A stretch of 64,000 nucleotides of DNA from an uncultured candidate division Zixibacteria bacterium (GTDB taxonomy: Bacteria; Zixibacteria; MSB-5A5; UBA10806; 4484-95), in contig CAXXKA010000001.1 of the NCBI GenBank assembly GCA_963668625.2, positions 416,001 through 480,000 on the forward strand. The letters run 5' to 3'. Under the pieces are notes generated by a model that saw nothing but the letters and a program-made list of their open reading frames with translations, did not search any database and was not told where the DNA came from. The number at the start of each line of letters is the position of its first letter. The first letter of the stretch is position 1. The position numbers and the translations under genes were made by a program. Positions 8,463 through 18,658 of the stretch are shown here, in pieces.

Positions 8463-9212
8463 GTGTTCTTTGTAAAAAAATTAAAGGTTTTGGGTTTGTT
8501 GCTTCTCACGGTTATGCTGATGACAGGCGCAAACTCAGAGGCGCAGGAGACAGGGACTATTATCAGCTCCAATCCTCCGGGCGCCGCGATTACTCTGGAT
8601 GGCGAATACCAGCTTACGGCGACCACACCGGTGCGTCTGCCTGATAATATCAATGGACGTTTCAAGCTAAGCGCGATGCTTTCGGGATACGAATCCTGGA
8701 GCGGCGAGGTCATGCTTCTGCCGGGACAGCAAAACAGGTTCAGTTTCAGTTTATCGCCGAAAACCAGGTTCAAAGCCATGCTTCGTTCGATGTTCATTCC
8801 GGGTTGGGGTCAGTATTATTCGGATGACAGGAGCCGGGCGTTGGTAATAAATATAGCCACTGTCGGTATGGGCGTGGGCGCGATACTGGCCGAAAATGAT
8901 TTCCGCCGTAAACGTGATGATTACAATCAGTCCAAGCTCGATTTAGCCAATGCCACCTCCTACGAGGATGTCAGCCGTCTGCGCGACCTGGTAGTTGAGA
9001 AAAACCGGGATGCCTATGATGCCGAATCATTGCGTAACACATTCGTATACGCTACGGCCGCAGTCTGGGCTTACAATGTGCTCGATGCCCTGATATTTTT
9101 CCCGAATCACAAACTCGATTTCCATCAAGAGAGCATTCCGATTAAAGGGGCCGAGATCAAGCCGGATATCTCGTTCGATCAGGTGGGCCTTAAACTGACA
9201 GCATCGTTTTAG
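8463..9212 (+). CDS. Secreted PEGA-domain protein with DUF5683-like C-terminus
   Basis: Signal peptide; ISSNPPGAAITLDG (PEGA); AMLRSMFIPGWGQYY and VWAYNVLDA; terminal Phe (GLKLTASF) typical of outer-membrane proteins. Confidence 0.7.
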   Translation: MFFVKKLKVLGLLLLTVMLMTGANSEAQETGTIISSNPPGAAITLDGEYQLTATTPVRLPDNINGRFKLSAMLSGYESWSGEVMLLPGQQNRFSFSLSPKTRFKAMLRSMFIPGWGQYYSDDRSRALVINIATVGMGVGAILAENDFRRKRDDYNQSKLDLANATSYEDVSRLRDLVVEKNRDAYDAESLRNTFVYATAAVWAYNVLDALIFFPNHKLDFHQESIPIKGAEIKPDISFDQVGLKLTASF

Positions 9213-9221
9213 GGGTAAGCC

Positions 9222-10766
9222 ATGAGGAAGATATTATTTAGTTTATTGATAATTGCTACAATAGCAGGCTGTGACCGCGAGATTCCCGCGCCGGTATCGA
9301 ACCCGATCTCGCCGGAGATTCCGGTTAAGCCAACCAGCCTGAGTGTTTGCGTAGGTGACAGGGAGCTACAGTTGGACTGGCATTATGGCGATACCACGGA
9401 TATTGCCTGGTATCATATCTACAATGCCGATTCTCTGTACGGAGCATATGAACTGATCGACAGCACGCAGACCAGAACTTTTCTAATAACCGGTTTGCGT
9501 AACGCCGAATATTATTTCTACAAGGTTTCGGCGGTTAACACCAACGGAGCCGAGAGTAATCTCTCAGATGCCGCCTATGGCAGACCAAACCTGTATAATA
9601 TGATCATTGAAAACGGTTTGGAGCAAACCGCCACCCGCCTGGTGACATTAACGATGGTAGCTCCCAACGGCGCCTCATTGATGAAGATAGCCAATGACTC
9701 GCTATTTACTGATGCTGCCTGGGAGGCTTACACCGCCTCTAAATCCTGGCTACTCACCGAAAGCGCCGGCGATAAGACCGTATACGTACTGTTCAGGGAT
9801 AGCGACGGTAACGATACATACACGGCGATCACGGATGATATCGAATACAATATAGCTGTATTTCATTATTCTATAACTGTCAACAACGATGCCGCTCAAA
9901 CGTATTCTCGCGATGTGTCACTCAGGATCAGCGCGCCGGACGGCACTACCTGGATGATGATTTCCAATTCGAATGATTTTTCCGAGGCTGACTGGGAGGA
10001 GTATGCCACCTCACGCGAATGGTATATACCCATCGATGTTGCCGCCAACCGGGATACCGTCGGTTTTTACGCGACTTTCCGCGATGCCAACAGTGATAGT
10101 GTCGAGATTATCGCACAGGATCTGATCGTGCTTGCCAACGCGGATTCGGTGACTCTGTATTCGGTATATCAGCCGGAGGACAGTTACCAGGAGGTAGACC
10201 TCACCTGGTCAAGATCGCTTTCGGGCGATTTCGAGTTCTACAGGGTTTTCAGGTCGAGAGGTGCTGCTAGCGCCGATACGTTGGTTTCTACTATCTACAA
10301 TATCGAGGAGACATCCTATTCGGATGGTATCGCTATTGATGAGTTATTGGATGATACACCCGTAACGGTATCATATATGATCAGGTTCTACAGTCTTTAT
10401 GATGATTCATCGGATTCCAATCCTATCAATGTCTCGCTGGTTAACAACCAGCCTCCGACTATCGCCTCGTTCATACGTGATATCAATTACGATATCGATA
10501 CTTTAAGCGGTATCGATATGGATGCTACTTTCGGGTGGCAAAGAAGCGACATTATCGATTTCGAGTCGTATGTGATCTACGAAAATACCGTCTTGAACTC
10601 GGGGTCAGCCAATCCGGTTTATTACTCTTATGATCAGAGTACTTTGAGTTACTCTTTATCCAAGAACAATGTCGATACGACTCAAGTCTATTACTATTGG
10701 CTGAAAATTGTCGATCTCGGAGGACGAGAATCGGCGTTTTCACAGCCTGACTCGGTTTATTATTGA
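9222..10766 (+). CDS. Fibronectin type III-domain lipoprotein
   Basis: Lipobox IAGC; FN3 (PTSLSV..GD..LQLDW...YHIY...YFYKVSAVN.NG.ES); two internal repeats (I.NG/ND...T.R.V.L...AP.G...M.I.N..F..A.WE.Y). Confidence 0.75.
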   Translation: MRKILFSLLIIATIAGCDREIPAPVSNPISPEIPVKPTSLSVCVGDRELQLDWHYGDTTDIAWYHIYNADSLYGAYELIDSTQTRTFLITGLRNAEYYFYKVSAVNTNGAESNLSDAAYGRPNLYNMIIENGLEQTATRLVTLTMVAPNGASLMKIANDSLFTDAAWEAYTASKSWLLTESAGDKTVYVLFRDSDGNDTYTAITDDIEYNIAVFHYSITVNNDAAQTYSRDVSLRISAPDGTTWMMISNSNDFSEADWEEYATSREWYIPIDVAANRDTVGFYATFRDANSDSVEIIAQDLIVLANADSVTLYSVYQPEDSYQEVDLTWSRSLSGDFEFYRVFRSRGAASADTLVSTIYNIEETSYSDGIAIDELLDDTPVTVSYMIRFYSLYDDSSDSNPINVSLVNNQPPTIASFIRDINYDIDTLSGIDMDATFGWQRSDIIDFESYVIYENTVLNSGSANPVYYSYDQSTLSYSLSKNNVDTTQVYYYWLKIVDLGGRESAFSQPDSVYY

Positions 10767-10832
10767 TTAGCGGTGGGTTATTTGAGCGATTCAGGTAAAT
10801 TAAGCCTTTTACCTATAGAATAAAAGAATATC

Positions 10833-10869
10833 CGGGGTTAATGGCGCTCTATGCCATAGCCCCGTTTTT
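10833..10869 (+). terminator. Hairpin followed by a U-tract just upstream of prsK
   Basis: CGGGGTTAATGGC-gctctat-GCCATAGCCCCG-TTTTT. Confidence 0.5.
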
Positions 10870-10883
10870 AATTTAGGAAAGAT

Positions 10884-12941
10884 ATGATCTGGGGAGTTCT
10901 TTACATAATTTCGGCTTTGCTGGCCTTGACCTGTGCCGTGCAGTTTCTGGTTAAGGTCGGCGTGCGTAAAGTTTCCATCAGTTTTAGCCTGGGAATGATT
11001 TGCCTGGCGGCAATATGTTCGGCCGCCGCCGTTATCCTTATTTACGATCCCCGACCGGAGAATTACCAGACTTTGCTTTACAAACTTGCCGGTAGTCTTC
11101 TGCCGCTGGCGGGAGCCGCCAGTCCTTTTTTCCTGCTTATAATTTCTCGGAATTTTGGCAGGCGCGATGATATCCAGAGTACCAAAGGTATTAGCATGCT
11201 TACCCGAATGGCGGGTTTGATAACGATAGTTGCCATGTATTTCATAGTTTCGGGAATGGTATACGAATCCTCGTTTTTGGAAAAAGGCTATACCCTGGTG
11301 TTCAAAGGGTTTTTATCGAAATCGGTGGGTATGGCGCTGGCTATATTGCTGGTGTTGTCGCTTCTGAACCTGGAAAATACCCGTCGTGCCTCACATGGCC
11401 CGATGCGCTGGCAGGTACTTATTCTAATGATTTTCAATATATTGATTCTAGCGGGTGTAGTAAGAATGTTTTTCCTGGGAAAGATATCCTCTAATTTCAT
11501 CGGGTACATGGCGCCGATCGCAGTTACCTGTTTGATCTGGTTGTACCTTCTATTGCTGCGTAAAGATATTTACTCCGCCAATATTGTCATAGACAGGCAA
11601 GCGTTTTTATCCTCTACGGTAGTATTGTTTTTAGGGATATTCCTGGTCGTAACCGGCATAGTGGCTTATATCATCAAAGAAATAGGCGGTCGCTCGGATG
11701 TATTTCTGTCAATAATTGGCGCGTTTCTGGTTATCGGCTTATTCTTGTTGATATTGTTATCCGATTCCATTCGCAGCCGATTCACCAGCGCCATGTTGTC
11801 TCGTATTTATGCCGGCCGCTTCGATTACAAAGCCGAATGGCGAGAATTGAGCGAGGATTTCGCCTCCTGCGATAATATTACGAATTCTCATGTATTGCTG
11901 GTCGAGAAAATAGAACGCCTGTTCGATCCGGCGAAACTGATATTGTATATAGTGGAAAATAACAAACTCGAATGCCACTGGCCGGAAAATTCAACTATTC
12001 CCGATATTAAGAGAAACGATCCGTTGGCAGAATGGATATTTTTGAAATCCGAACCGGCCTATTTTACCGATGTGGAGGAGTCTGCCCCCAGCGAGTTGAA
12101 AAGGTATGAATCGGAATATGAGGTGATGGCGCCGATAATCGCTGAAAAGAAATTAATAGGCATCGTACTACTGGGGATGAAAGGCAATCTTGCGCCTTTC
12201 AACGAGGAGGATTTTGCCATGCTCTCCGCGATATCTCATCAAGCCGCGGTTACTATGCTTCACTTGCACTCTCGCGACAGATTATTGGAATCCGAGAAAC
12301 TGGCCTCGTTCCATAAAACCGCCTCATTCGTCATACATGATCTGAAAAACGCCATTAGCATGCTTTCACTCATGGTACAAAACGCTCCCCGGAAGATGTC
12401 CGATCCTGATTTTCAGAGAGAGTCGATCAGGACTATTAATCATGCGGTTGTCAGGATGCAGAGAATTATAGAGAAGCTTAAAACGCCGCCGGATAAAGAA
12501 CAATTACAGATAGCCCCCATTAATCCGATCAAGTCATTGTATGGGGCTATCGAAAAAAGCGGTGTTGTCAATAAAAATAATGTCGAGGTCAAAATATTGT
12601 GTGATGAGGTACAGCCGGTTAATACCGACGCCGGCGTTCTGGAGACGGTATTTATAAATCTTCTGATAAACGCGGTGGAAGCGATGCCGACCGGCGGGAA
12701 GATCGAGATAGACCAGAGAATAGTAAACGATAGACCTCAAATGACTATTCGGGATGAGGGGATAGGCATGGATCAGTCGTTTATCGATAAAAAGTTGTTT
12801 CGTCCTTTTGAAACTACCAAACCCAAAGGACTCGGTGTCGGGCTGTATCAATGCCGGGAGATGCTTAAAGAAGCAGGCGGCGAGATCAAAGTCGAAAGCT
12901 CGACAGGAAAAGGGACTACATTCACACTGGTGTTTCCATGA
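10884..12941 (+). CDS. prsK: PrsK-like (PEP-CTERM system type) membrane sensor histidine kinase with GAF domain
   Basis: Many N-terminal TMs, LLNLENTRRAS..PMRW, RFDYKAEW, GAF, ASFVIHDLKN H-box, NLLINAVEA, LFRPFETTKPKGLGVGLYQCRE. Confidence 0.8.
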   Translation: MIWGVLYIISALLALTCAVQFLVKVGVRKVSISFSLGMICLAAICSAAAVILIYDPRPENYQTLLYKLAGSLLPLAGAASPFFLLIISRNFGRRDDIQSTKGISMLTRMAGLITIVAMYFIVSGMVYESSFLEKGYTLVFKGFLSKSVGMALAILLVLSLLNLENTRRASHGPMRWQVLILMIFNILILAGVVRMFFLGKISSNFIGYMAPIAVTCLIWLYLLLLRKDIYSANIVIDRQAFLSSTVVLFLGIFLVVTGIVAYIIKEIGGRSDVFLSIIGAFLVIGLFLLILLSDSIRSRFTSAMLSRIYAGRFDYKAEWRELSEDFASCDNITNSHVLLVEKIERLFDPAKLILYIVENNKLECHWPENSTIPDIKRNDPLAEWIFLKSEPAYFTDVEESAPSELKRYESEYEVMAPIIAEKKLIGIVLLGMKGNLAPFNEEDFAMLSAISHQAAVTMLHLHSRDRLLESEKLASFHKTASFVIHDLKNAISMLSLMVQNAPRKMSDPDFQRESIRTINHAVVRMQRIIEKLKTPPDKEQLQIAPINPIKSLYGAIEKSGVVNKNNVEVKILCDEVQPVNTDAGVLETVFINLLINAVEAMPTGGKIEIDQRIVNDRPQMTIRDEGIGMDQSFIDKKLFRPFETTKPKGLGVGLYQCREMLKEAGGEIKVESSTGKGTTFTLVFP

Positions 12942-14305
12942 ACGGTGATAGAGCTAAAGTATTAATCGTCGATGATGACGAGGGGATACGCAACCAACTC
13001 AAGTGGGCTCTGGATGACGATTACGATATCGATACGGCGGCTTCGGTCGAACAGACCAAGGAGCGGCTTAAGGAGTTCGAGCCGGATCTTATTACTCTCG
13101 ATATTTCGCTTTCGCCATTCGCGGGCGATCCGGATGGCATAGATCTTCTGGCGGAGGTGGTGAAATGGGATCACACCGCTAAAGTGATAATGATAACCGG
13201 ACTCGAAGACAAAACCAAAGCCCTGGAGGCTGTCAGGCTGGGGGCATATGATTTCTACCAGAAACCGATCAATATAGACGAGATAAAAATCATAATATCA
13301 CGCGCGCTCTTAATGCAGAACCTCGAACGCGAAAACCGTCAACTGGCGGATAAAATTATCGAGGCCAAAGCCTACCAGAATATAATCGGCAATCACCCCT
13401 CCATGCAGGATGTATATAAAACTATCGATTCGGTCGCCCCGGTCGATATCACCGTGCTGGTTACGGGAGAGTCGGGTACGGGTAAAGAGCTTGTCAGCAG
13501 GGCAATTCATGCTAAAAGCCCTCGCGCCGACAATCCGTTCGTAGCCATAAACTGCGGTGCGATACCGGAGGCGCTTTTAGAGTCGGAATTATTCGGTCAC
13601 GAGCGAGGAGCTTTCACCGGCGCGTACAAGCAGAAAATCGGCAGGCTGGAGACGGCCAACGGCGGCACGTTGTTTTTAGATGAGGTCGCCGAGCTGCCGA
13701 TGGGATTGCAGGCCAAGATTCTCAGGTTTTTGCAGGATCACTGCATAGAACGAATTGGCGGTAAGGATACGATCGAACTGGATGTTCGAGTGGTGGCGGC
13801 CACGAACAAAGATTTAAACGAAGCGATGAATGAAAAGACATTTCGTAATGATTTATTCTATCGTCTCTCTGTAGTCAATATAGAACTTCCACCGCTGCGC
13901 GATCGCGGCACCGATATAATCCTTCTGGCGAATTATTTTCTGGATAAATACACAAGGCGTTATTCGAAAACAGGCATGAAGATGGCGGATGAACTCGGGA
14001 ATGTGTTAAATAACTATAGTTGGCCGGGAAATATCCGTGAATTGGAAAACAGGATAAAACGCGGAGTGATAGTATCCCAGGATCCACGAATCACCGCCGA
14101 GGATATGAATATCGATATGAACAATGTGTCCTCGAAAGGACCGCTCACGTTGGCCATGTTCCGCGAGGTTTACGAGAAAAAATATATCAAGGACAGGGTG
14201 GAATTCAATCGATGGAATATCTCCAGGGTTGCCCGTGAACTTGATTTGAGCCGAACCACGCTCTATGATTTGCTCAACAAATACGGTATTTCTAAAAATA
14301 AATAG
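12938..14305 (+). CDS. prsR: PrsR-like sigma54-dependent response regulator (NtrC family)
   Basis: REC (VDDDEGIRNQLKWAL, ITLDISLSP, GAYDFYQKP), AAA+ GESGTGKE, GAFTGA, WPGNIRELEN, HTH (ARELDLSRTTLYDLL); overlaps prsK by 4 nt. Confidence 0.85.
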   Translation: MNGDRAKVLIVDDDEGIRNQLKWALDDDYDIDTAASVEQTKERLKEFEPDLITLDISLSPFAGDPDGIDLLAEVVKWDHTAKVIMITGLEDKTKALEAVRLGAYDFYQKPINIDEIKIIISRALLMQNLERENRQLADKIIEAKAYQNIIGNHPSMQDVYKTIDSVAPVDITVLVTGESGTGKELVSRAIHAKSPRADNPFVAINCGAIPEALLESELFGHERGAFTGAYKQKIGRLETANGGTLFLDEVAELPMGLQAKILRFLQDHCIERIGGKDTIELDVRVVAATNKDLNEAMNEKTFRNDLFYRLSVVNIELPPLRDRGTDIILLANYFLDKYTRRYSKTGMKMADELGNVLNNYSWPGNIRELENRIKRGVIVSQDPRITAEDMNIDMNNVSSKGPLTLAMFREVYEKKYIKDRVEFNRWNISRVARELDLSRTTLYDLLNKYGISKNK

Positions 14306-14590
14306 GCAATTGACACCTCATGTATATGTTTCATTTTGAATATGTATCGTATCAGTCATTTAGAAAAAGTGAAACTTTTATAAAAGATTTATAAGTTGTT
14401 GGCTGATAATAGTAAAAAATAGTTGTCCGAATTATTAACTCGATAGTTTCCTTTGTCGGAACGAAATTTGATCGTTAAGTTAGTAGTTTGGATAATCGGA
14501 AACGTGATCTTGAGTGAGTATTCGGTAATGGCATGAAACAATTAAAAAGTTTTCAGACTTGTTACCGATAACCATAAAGTGAGGCGCGAA

Positions 14591-15007
14591 ATGAAAAGAT
14601 CAAGAGCAGGCTTTACCCTGATTGAATTGATGATAGTTGTCGTTATCATCGGGATATTGGCGGCAATGGCAATACCGCGATTTATGCGCGGCTCAACCAA
14701 AGCAAAGCAGTCTGAGGCACGGGAGATACTCAAGCAGGTATACACCATGGAGCGCTGTTATTTCGTAGAACATGAAAATTACATACTAAACGGTGTAACC
14801 GCAAGCGCTATCGCGCCTGATGCATTCGAGGATCTGGCAATCGAACTCATGTCCACCGCCCGATATACATATGTTATAACCGTTCCCGACCCCATGCATT
14901 TTAACTGTATTGCCACAGCCAACCTGGATGATGACGCGATAATCGATACCTGGATAATTGACGACACCGGTGAACTGGTAAACACCATAAATGACTCGGC
15001 GGACTAA
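14591..15007 (+). CDS. Type IV pilin (copy 1)
   Basis: Class III signal AG/FTLIELMIVVVIIGILAAMAIPRF; RBS GAGG before ATG 14591; Cys pair; C-terminal ATANLDDDAIIDTW. Confidence 0.9.
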   Translation: MKRSRAGFTLIELMIVVVIIGILAAMAIPRFMRGSTKAKQSEAREILKQVYTMERCYFVEHENYILNGVTASAIAPDAFEDLAIELMSTARYTYVITVPDPMHFNCIATANLDDDAIIDTWIIDDTGELVNTINDSAD

Positions 15008-15041
15008 TGCGATTTTAAATACATATCAATCACTGGATTTT

Positions 15042-15076
15042 AAATTCACGGTTTCTTACGGCCGTGAATTTTTTTT
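15042..15076 (+). terminator. Intrinsic terminator after pilin 1
   Basis: AAATTCACGGT-loop-GCCGTGAATTTTTTTT. Confidence 0.8.
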
Positions 15077-15275
15077 GTTTTTTCAATATAATCAGTAATC
15101 CTTAATCGAAATATGGATAATAAATTCAAGAACGTCAAAATCCATTGCATTTTGCAAAATGCAAGGTGGTCGATCTCATTTGAACTCCTCGTATTTAATG
15201 TCCTTTAGAACATATTGAATTTTAATTCTTTGACGATAATAAAGTTATACCGAGCTATTACAGTATTTGCCGCTT

Positions 15276-15291
15276 TGGCACGCATATTGAA
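15276..15291 (+). promoter_or_regulatory. Sigma54-type promoter of pilin 2
   Basis: TGGCAC-GCATA-TTGAA (perfect -24, variant -12); upstream palindrome TTGCATTTTGCAAAATGCAA at 15145-15164. Confidence 0.65.
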
Positions 15292-15400
15292 ACGTATGAA
15301 AAGTAAATAGCCGAAATAAAAGCAGGCAAATTAAAGGACAATAAAAAGAAAACGATAAAACTAATAAAACTAAAGAACCCTTAAATCAGCGAGGTGAGAG

Positions 15401-15829
15401 ATGCTCAGCAAGTTTCACAAGAACAACAAAAAAGGTTTTACACTTATCGAGTTAATGATCGTGGTCGTTATCATCGGTATCTTAGCCGCTCTGGCTATCC
15501 CGAGATTCATGCGTTCCACAACCAAGGCTAAGATGTCAGAGGCCCGTCAGCTCTTAAAGCAGATCTATACGATGCAGCGCGCTTATCGTCAGGAAAAAGA
15601 TACGTATGCCTGTAACGGTTTGACTGCAACCGCTGCTGCCGGTGATGCTTTCGCCGATATCGGTGTTGACGTTGGCGCCAGCGCTCGTTACTCCTATGCC
15701 ATGACTGCCGATGCCGGTACGTTCACCTGTCAAGCCACAGCAAACCTTGACGATGACGCTATTATCGATACCTGGGAAATCGATGAGTCCGGTACCCTGA
15801 CTCATACCATTGACGATTCGACTGACTAA
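15401..15829 (+). CDS. pilA: Type IV pilin (copy 2, probable major pilin)
   Basis: KKG/FTLIELMIVVVIIGILAALAIPRF; RBS GAGGTG; own sigma54 promoter and terminator; followed by pilD. Confidence 0.88.
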   Translation: MLSKFHKNNKKGFTLIELMIVVVIIGILAALAIPRFMRSTTKAKMSEARQLLKQIYTMQRAYRQEKDTYACNGLTATAAAGDAFADIGVDVGASARYSYAMTADAGTFTCQATANLDDDAIIDTWEIDESGTLTHTIDDSTD

Positions 15830-15849
15830 ACTTAGCTTAGCAAGTTTGG

Positions 15850-15878
15850 AAGGGGACTCTGTTGAGTCCCCTTTTTTT
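15850..15878 (+). terminator. Intrinsic terminator after pilin 2
   Basis: AAGGGGACTC-tgtt-GAGTCCCCTTTTTTT. Confidence 0.88.
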
Positions 15879-15919
15879 AATTGCAAAATTTCAACACTTG
15901 AGATAGAATAGGAATCGTG

Positions 15920-16708
15920 ATGGAATACTTACTTGGCGCTTTTGTTTTCATAATGGGATTAAGCATAGGATCGTTCGCGAATGTCTGCATTTATCGAATC
16001 CCTAACGATATGTCTATAGTTAAACCATCCTCCAGATGCCCTAAGTGCAAAACCCCGATAAAGCCCTGGCAAAATATTCCATTATTAAGTTATGTATTTC
16101 TCGGTGGCAAATGCGCCGAATGCGGCGAACGGATAAGTATTCGTTACCCGATAATCGAACTGGTTTGCGGCCTGTTGTTTCTGGGGGCTTTCTATAAACT
16201 GTTTTATCTCGAGGGCAATCTGTATCAGTTTCTGATTGCCTGCTATTTATCTGCGGCGTTTTTAATCATCTTCATGATCGATTTCGATTTCCAGATAATC
16301 CCCGATTCGATATCGTTATCCGGTATCGTCATTGGACTGGCAGTTAGTTTTATTCCGCAAACCTCGCTTACCTGGCTGCAATCGTTGATAGGTTTGCTGG
16401 TGGGCGGCGGAGGATTTCTGCTTATTGCCGAGATCGGTGACCGCGTTTTCAAAAAGGAAAGCATGGGCGGCGGCGATATAAAACTGGCGGCCATGATCGG
16501 CGCATTCGTGGGCTGGAAAGGTGTTTTGCTCACTCTCGGAATCGGTTCATTATTAGGCGCGATAATCGGAGGGGGCGCGCTGATGCTGGCCAAGGATAAG
16601 GAATCCGCCAGAACCGTGCCGTTCGGGCCTTTCCTGGTGATTGGCGCGTTAATAGCATTCTATTGGGCGGATGACCTGATACGAGCGTATTTGAACCTCG
16701 TTCTCTAA
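15920..16708 (+). CDS. pilD: Prepilin peptidase / N-methyltransferase
   Basis: GSFANVCIYRIP, SRCPKC...CAEC, IDFDFQIIPD, MGGGDIKL, VPFGPFL. Confidence 0.95.
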   Translation: MEYLLGAFVFIMGLSIGSFANVCIYRIPNDMSIVKPSSRCPKCKTPIKPWQNIPLLSYVFLGGKCAECGERISIRYPIIELVCGLLFLGAFYKLFYLEGNLYQFLIACYLSAAFLIIFMIDFDFQIIPDSISLSGIVIGLAVSFIPQTSLTWLQSLIGLLVGGGGFLLIAEIGDRVFKKESMGGGDIKLAAMIGAFVGWKGVLLTLGIGSLLGAIIGGGALMLAKDKESARTVPFGPFLVIGALIAFYWADDLIRAYLNLVL

Positions 16709-16845
16709 TCGTTTTTAAATTCTTTCAACGATAATTTTCGACTGCTATCGAGTGGAACCGGAGGCAACGGGGCAAACCGTTTGTTAATAGTACAAGCTCT
16801 CTAATTTAATTTCAATACCAGTCGGTAACAGCCGATATATATCAT

Positions 16846-18654
16846 GTGAGCATTAACGATAGAAAAAGGTTATTTACCGATAGCTATACGACCGAGATTA
16901 CTATTACTCTGGTTTTACTGATAGGCTTTCTACTTTCGCTGAATTTCTTGACAGCCTATTCGTTGGGTAAAGCCCGTCAGGCTCAACATGATGAACACGT
17001 ACTTAATCTCGAACTGGTAAAAGAAAATATCAGAGGCGATATAGTATCCGCCGGAATGAAAAAGCCCGATATCACGTATCTTCAAAACACCGCTCGCCGT
17101 TCGCTTATCGATAAAATCGAACTGGTTGACAGTCTCGGCAATCGTATTATGATGGTCGGGAGTCTTCTGCCCGATGAAATAGATAAAGCGATAACGGTAA
17201 CCTCGACCATTCGTAATGAATCGGGGGAGGTGGCGTATTACCTGTTCGTATCCTCATTGAACCGTGAAGGCGCGAAACTTCAACGACTGGCGTTATTCGA
17301 TTCGATATTCAGAATAGCCGGTCTTATCGCCGGACTTATTTTAGCGTTTTTCCTGGTGAAAACTATCATGAATCCCTACAAAAAAATCAAGAAAGAGGCC
17401 GAGGAATTAGGCTTGCCCGATCTGGATATAGAGAATACCGATGATATCGAATATGTCGTGCGTAAATTCCATCAGATTATAAGAGAGCTGAAAGATAAAG
17501 AAGCTCTTTTAAAATCGATGTACGATAGCTCGGAAAAACGCGCCGATTCGCTGGCGAGGTATAACGAATATATTCTCGGCGGCATCTCCTCGGGTGTTAT
17601 AATCTGCGATAATGATGGTATTATCACGGGATTTAATCCGGCCGCCGGTAACATTCTCGATATCGATCATGTATACAGCCAGGGGAAGAACTACGCGGAA
17701 ATATTCGGCAAGAATCATCATATTACGAATATATTCGATGACGTTCTAAATAACAGCCATGTCGTCTCACGTTCGGAGTTCGAGATAACGATAGATGAGA
17801 ACGAGAAACGTTGGATAGGTTTATCATCTTCGCTAATAATCGATAATCAACAGGTCAATATCGGCGCGGCCGTGCTGCTTACTGACTTGACGAAGATCAA
17901 GAAGCTTCAGGACATATCCGATTTTACCGAGAAGATGGCGGCTTTGGGTGAGATGGCCGCCGGTTTGGCTCATGAGTTCCGCAACTCGGTAGCCGCTATT
18001 ATGGGATTCGGCAAACTCATTCGTAAAATGTTACCGGATGATCATAAAGCCAATAGTATCGCTGAGATGATAATCACGGAATCGCAAACCACCGAGGAGA
18101 TGCTCAGGAGATTTTTGACATTCGCCCGGCCCCTGAAAGTGATCCCCGAACCGGTAATCCTCAGGAGAGTCATCGATGATTCGGTTCAGCTTGCTAAAGA
18201 GAGCAATCAGGATAAAATAATTCACCTCATTCTGGATGATAACGTTGATGGGGTGGAGGTAAGCGCCGATCCTACGATACTGAAAAACGCTTTCAGCAAT
18301 CTGTTGATCAACGCCTATCAAGCCATGGATGAGAACGGTACGCTCAGTATTGTTCTCGGCCTGGATGATGCCGGTGAACAGGCGGTGATCAGGATATCCG
18401 ACACCGGCGGCGGCATCCCGCCTGATATCATCCCTAAAATATTCAACCCGTTTTTCACTACCAAGGATAAAGGTACCGGCCTCGGCCTGGCCCTGGTTAA
18501 AAAAATCATAACCGGCCATTACGGCACGATCGAGGTCGAAAGTTTCGAGGGGAAAGGCACGACATTTATCGTAACCCTTCCCTTGAAAGGTAAAAATTAC
18601 CTCGAATCCACGAACAGCAGTGATGAAGTCGAAAAAGCGAGCGTAATCGGCTAG
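16846..18654 (+). CDS. Membrane PAS-domain sensor histidine kinase (PilS/NtrB-like), orphan
   Basis: Two TMs, PAS ([19 protein letters not shown]), [45 protein letters not shown]. Confidence 0.88.
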   Translation: MSINDRKRLFTDSYTTEITITLVLLIGFLLSLNFLTAYSLGKARQAQHDEHVLNLELVKENIRGDIVSAGMKKPDITYLQNTARRSLIDKIELVDSLGNRIMMVGSLLPDEIDKAITVTSTIRNESGEVAYYLFVSSLNREGAKLQRLALFDSIFRIAGLIAGLILAFFLVKTIMNPYKKIKKEAEELGLPDLDIENTDDIEYVVRKFHQIIRELKDKEALLKSMYDSSEKRADSLARYNEYILGGISSGVIICDNDGIITGFNPAAGNILDIDHVYSQGKNYAEIFGKNHHITNIFDDVLNNSHVVSRSEFEITIDENEKRWIGLSSSLIIDNQQVNIGAAVLLTDLTKIKKLQDISDFTEKMAALGEMAAGLAHEFRNSVAAIMGFGKLIRKMLPDDHKANSIAEMIITESQTTEEMLRRFLTFARPLKVIPEPVILRRVIDDSVQLAKESNQDKIIHLILDDNVDGVEVSADPTILKNAFSNLLINAYQAMDENGTLSIVLGLDDAGEQAVIRISDTGGGIPPDIIPKIFNPFFTTKDKGTGLGLALVKKIITGHYGTIEVESFEGKGTTFIVTLPLKGKNYLESTNSSDEVEKASVIG

Positions 18655-18658
18655 CCGG

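Noticed and set aside
14591-15829. Conductive (e-pili) pilins
   Set aside because: Full-length pilins with only moderate aromatic content and no cytochrome genes nearby; cannot be supported from sequence.
16755-16800. c-di-GMP-I riboswitch (GGCAAACC seen)
   Set aside because: Lacks the GAAA tetraloop and the GACGCAAAGC/CTAA elements.
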